Assembly: GCA_040954595.2 (NCBI GenBank)
Contig: CM082592.2
Coordinates: 6,745,677-6,809,676 of the forward strand
Source: Balanoglossus misakiensis
Lineage: Eukaryota; Animalia; Hemichordata
Direction of reading: 5' to 3'
DNA: 64,000 nt
The notes beneath the pieces were generated by a model, which did no database searches, was not told the DNA's origin, and saw only the letters and a list, made by a program, of their open reading frames with translations. Both the position numbers and the translations under genes were made by a program. Positions 60,646-64,000 of this stretch are shown piece after piece. Every line of letters begins with the position of its first letter. The first letter of the stretch is position 1.

Positions 60646-62514
60646 AACTGTAGCGTTCTGGGATCACCCAAGTCTACCAAGCTGGCGACCAAGTCTGAGA
60701 ATTATTTCGGGGGTGATGGGTTGGTCAACTGCGTGTTCCGTCCAGACGGCGAAGGCAGCGATATCGCTGTTTTCGTTGACAAGCGGCGATTTAATGTCCA
60801 CAGGAGCGTTCTCAGCGAACACAGTTATTACTTCAAGACGCTGTTCTCGGCAGATTTTCAAGAAAGATACGAGCGAGAGATAAAACTCCGAGTCGTGCCA
60901 ACGGCCACCGCCTTCTACGTGCTTTTGAGGTACATTTACGAAGGGAAGCTCCTATTGTCTCCGTCTATTCTGGAAGAAGTTCTCGTGGGTGCAGATTTTC
61001 TCCAAGTCGCTGGTGCCGTACGTGATATCATCGTGGGCGTTTATGGATTCCTGTCCTTGGACAACTGGTTCGCGTACTTGGAAGCTTTGGAAGATTTCGA
61101 TGAGCGCTTCGGGGAAGAGCTGAGAAACGTGGTCCATAGGTGGATGCGAGACCACTATCACTTCCTGTGGAAAACGGATCATTTCTTATCCCTGCGCGAC
61201 GAAGTTCAACGGGCGATCCGATACAGAAGTTTCAAGAGCAAGGACGTCTTCGGGGTGTGTTCCATTGTAAGCGGAACCACGGGCGACGGCCGTGTGGCCA
61301 GCGATGTGAGACTGCATCTCTGGCAAGATGTGATGTCCGCCTGGGAACTGCAGACATCCATCCCTGATCATCTCCGACCGGGCACATCCTCTCCAACGCT
61401 GGTGCTAACCCTCAATGATAACGTGTACATACTGTGGGGGACGAGAGATCACCATGGAGACGCAAAACCGAGGAACGTAGATGCCTTCCTGAACACGACG
61501 AGCGTGTTTGAAATCAACCGAGCCGTCCAAGAGGGTTTCATGCAAATTCGCCTGGACCGCATGCTCTGTTACGGACTCCGGAGGAACGAATGGAGCTCCG
61601 TATATCCGAGCACCCCTATGAAGACTTTGAAAGTTTATCCGTCGACGAGTTATCCGCTGGCTGTCGTGTGCAATGACCGACTCCATCTCCTAACCCCGAC
61701 GACCCACGTTGCGTTCTGTCCTATCGAGAACAGGTGGCTGAAACGGCAGCAAGTTCGTCTTCCCAACCCGGTGGAGGTCGTGGACGGAGACGGTGTCTAC
61801 TGCTCCATGCCGTTCGTCCATTCTGCAGTGGAGTGCGACGGCAAGATATTCGCGTTGGTGCTGGACAGGTGGTTCACCGAGACGGTCTCGTGGGAGTTGT
61901 TCGTCTGCTCCAAGGGGATGCACTACACCACGTACGACCCGGCGACGGACACCTGGTCAGATCCCGCGAGCATCGCGTGCGAGAACGCCGCCCAGGATCT
62001 GCACTTCCACGACGACTTTTTGCTGTCCTCCGAGAGGTCAATCGTCAGAATCTTCCGCGCTGGAGGGGACGGAAAGAAAGTGGAGCGAAAGGATGTCTTC
62101 GCCGTCGACATATCCAGCCACGTGGTGACACAGACCGGTCGCGCGGCACCTGGCAAGGACAAACAGGTGGCGTTTCCCGCCACAAGCAGCGCGTCTTGCG
62201 TGGAAGTCGGTGGGATGATCTACGGTTGCCCGAAGGAGGTCAGGGGCGAACAGACGGACGGAAAATGCGATGACAAAGAAGTAGCCGACGAAACACAGCT
62301 GAGAGACGCGGGAACCCAAAACGAACGAAATCCCTGGAACTTCAATCCGAAACTCGACGAACAGGTGGTTTTGCCCGATATCCCAACCCCGGAATATCGC
62401 GAGATTGCGGACGGGGGCGAGTCCACGGGCGCTCACCGAAGAATTGCCGTTAAACTGTCCGTCCCCCACGACTACTTCTTGCACGACCCGACAAGCGAAG
62501 AAACTGCACCTTGA
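60646..62514 (+). CDS. BTB/POZ domain protein with degenerate BACK and kelch-like C-terminus (single long exon; start unresolved)
   Basis: Open frame 60646-62514. BTB motifs: SDIAVFVDKRRFNVHRSVLSEHSYYFKTLFSADFQE...AFYVLLRYIYEGKLLL...EEVLVGADFLQV. Kelch-like segments: CYGLRRNEWS, DGKIFAL, YDPATDTWS, VGGMIYG. The first in-frame ATG lies downstream of the BTB domain. Confidence 0.8.
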   Translation, partial: NCSVLGSPKSTKLATKSENYFGGDGLVNCVFRPDGEGSDIAVFVDKRRFNVHRSVLSEHSYYFKTLFSADFQERYEREIKLRVVPTATAFYVLLRYIYEGKLLLSPSILEEVLVGADFLQVAGAVRDIIVGVYGFLSLDNWFAYLEALEDFDERFGEELRNVVHRWMRDHYHFLWKTDHFLSLRDEVQRAIRYRSFKSKDVFGVCSIVSGTTGDGRVASDVRLHLWQDVMSAWELQTSIPDHLRPGTSSPTLVLTLNDNVYILWGTRDHHGDAKPRNVDAFLNTTSVFEINRAVQEGFMQIRLDRMLCYGLRRNEWSSVYPSTPMKTLKVYPSTSYPLAVVCNDRLHLLTPTTHVAFCPIENRWLKRQQVRLPNPVEVVDGDGVYCSMPFVHSAVECDGKIFALVLDRWFTETVSWELFVCSKGMHYTTYDPATDTWSDPASIACENAAQDLHFHDDFLLSSERSIVRIFRAGGDGKKVERKDVFAVDISSHVVTQTGRAAPGKDKQVAFPATSSASCVEVGGMIYGCPKEVRGEQTDGKCDDKEVADETQLRDAGTQNERNPWNFNPKLDEQVVLPDIPTPEYREIADGGESTGAHRRIAVKLSVPHDYFLHDPTSEETAP

Positions 62515-63789
62515 ACTATGTCAATTCATTTGAAGAATAATTCATGACTTCTGATGAAAATATTCCTTTATGTATCCCATAACTGCCATAAAGTTCTTTG
62601 GAAGCAACACTTGACCACAACGTGCTAATCTACATGACAATTCACAATTGATGTGTACTGTATGCTAAGAAAGTTGATGCTGAAATGCTGATATAGCACC
62701 GAAGACTTCAGTTTGCAATGTCTTTTATTTACACAAAGGGACAATTCTTGTCCACACTTGGGACTTATAGATCGAGTTTTGCCAATTTATCTCTACTTCC
62801 ATCCACAACATTGAGCTGGCCTATGCATGAACTTTACTTTCACATTTTGTACGGAAAAAAATACTATTGCAATATCTTACTTTCATTTTTATAATATGAC
62901 AGTACTACAACTTAAATATACACCTCAATTTGTTTTGTGATATGATCCAACGCGGCCACCATTGGTCCATTTCATTTGCTATGCTCTGGATTTTGCCACC
63001 AAGAACAAGTTTCTGCCAAAGTTATTAGTGTATAGACAAAACAATAGAGACTTGTAGTAAGTTAGTGTTGGGTAAAAGCAATACCCTAAACATATAATGG
63101 TTTTATCTAGGATCTTTTCGTACTAGTATTCATTCATTTTAAAGAATGACTGAAAACTTTACTATAACAGAAAACTATTAGCACACTTGCTCTCTGTATT
63201 ATTTATACCTTGGGCAGTTTAGCAGGTTTTTTTTCAGCCAGTCAAGGTCTGTAAATTTTCCTCGCCAAAACATGCCACGTTGTTTTGTCCAGTTGCAGTG
63301 AAATAAACACTATGACAAATTGACCATTGTGGACAATAACTCATTTGCGTGTGGTCGCGTGCGACGACTGTCCTTCTAGAGGTCAGAGGTCACAGAGTAA
63401 GGGAAGTTGAATGCCAGCACTGTCTCTTAAATTCTTATTTATTGGTGATAAAATATGCGTTTCCGAAATTTACTCCGGAAACAGGTTCCAACGCGCGACA
63501 TACAACAGAGCCCCCATCACTGCAATTACAGTGATTGATTGATAGCTGTCAAGCAACCAGTGAAATGGTATCAGGGAGTACAGGAACAGTTTTGTCTGAT
63601 TTCCGCGACGGCCGATGATTAATTTTGCCACTCCAAGGTCTATGGCAGGATGTGGGGTAGTCTGGACTACATTCACGAGATGTAATCACTGCGCTAGTGC
63701 AGAAAGTCAATTTTTTCCAGCGCTGTACTTTGACCTGCTATTGTACGAATACATGTACAAAGGTACGTGGAAGTGAAGGCCTTCACCCC

Positions 63790-63999
63790 CTAACCAACAA
63801 TATTTGGGTCAACCCTATTGTTTCCCCCATAAGCTCTACGACCACTGTACTGAAAACACGGGGGTGGGCAGGGTTTGCCATCACCTGAAATGGATGAGTG
63901 AGTGTTTTTCTTGTATCTAAAGATGATTTGGGGTTGAATGATGGCAGTGTCAGTGAGGCCTAACATATCTGTCATTTCTTCCGGACTGCGATACGGACA
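63790..63999 (-). CDS. Possible terminal coding exon of a gene entering from the right edge
   Basis: The frame is open from the window end to TAG at 63790 (CPYRSPEEMTDMLGLTDTAIIQPQIIFRYKKN...VDPNIVG*). No recognisable domain. Confidence 0.3.
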   Translation of the reverse strand, partial: CPYRSPEEMTDMLGLTDTAIIQPQIIFRYKKNTHSSISGDGKPCPPPCFQYSGRRAYGGNNRVDPNIVG

Positions 64000-64000
64000 A

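Noticed and set aside
62515-62700. SECIS element to explain the BTB gene TGA
   Set aside because: ATGA...AA motifs are present, but no properly spaced stem with a GA quartet could be built by eye.
1-64000. CRISPR arrays, operons, rRNA/tRNA, autonomous transposon ORFs
   Set aside because: The sequence is spliceosomal-intron eukaryotic DNA. No repeat-spacer array, structural RNA, or transposase/RT motif was recognised.

Overview
Eukaryotic (metazoan) genomic DNA, AT-rich with many short GT-AG introns. It is most consistent with an invertebrate deuterostome such as a hemichordate or echinoderm, but that assignment is inference. The supplied ORF track is therefore mostly exon fragments or noise, and genes were rebuilt by hand from splice signals and family motifs. 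Gene order: ATR kinase (minus, 5' part only, runs off the left edge) with a complete 11-exon calpain nested antisense in one 5.8 kb intron; an O-fucosyltransferase-family gene (minus); a small secreted VWD-domain protein (plus); a PKDCC/VLK-like secretory kinase (plus) tail-to-tail with STK36/Fused (minus); DNTTIP1 (plus) head-to-head with STK36; an intronless N-acylated globin (minus); a ~8 kb non-coding tract; FERRY3/C12orf4 (plus); a single-exon BTB/kelch-like ORF with no in-frame AUG ahead of its BTB domain (plus); and a possible terminal exon at the right edge. No prokaryotic features, rRNA, tRNA or CRISPR arrays were seen. The most notable observations are the nested EF-hand-less calpain, the start-codon puzzle of the BTB ORF, the predicted 3' overlap of PKDCC and STK36, and the intronless membrane-anchored globin with a candidate distal promoter.
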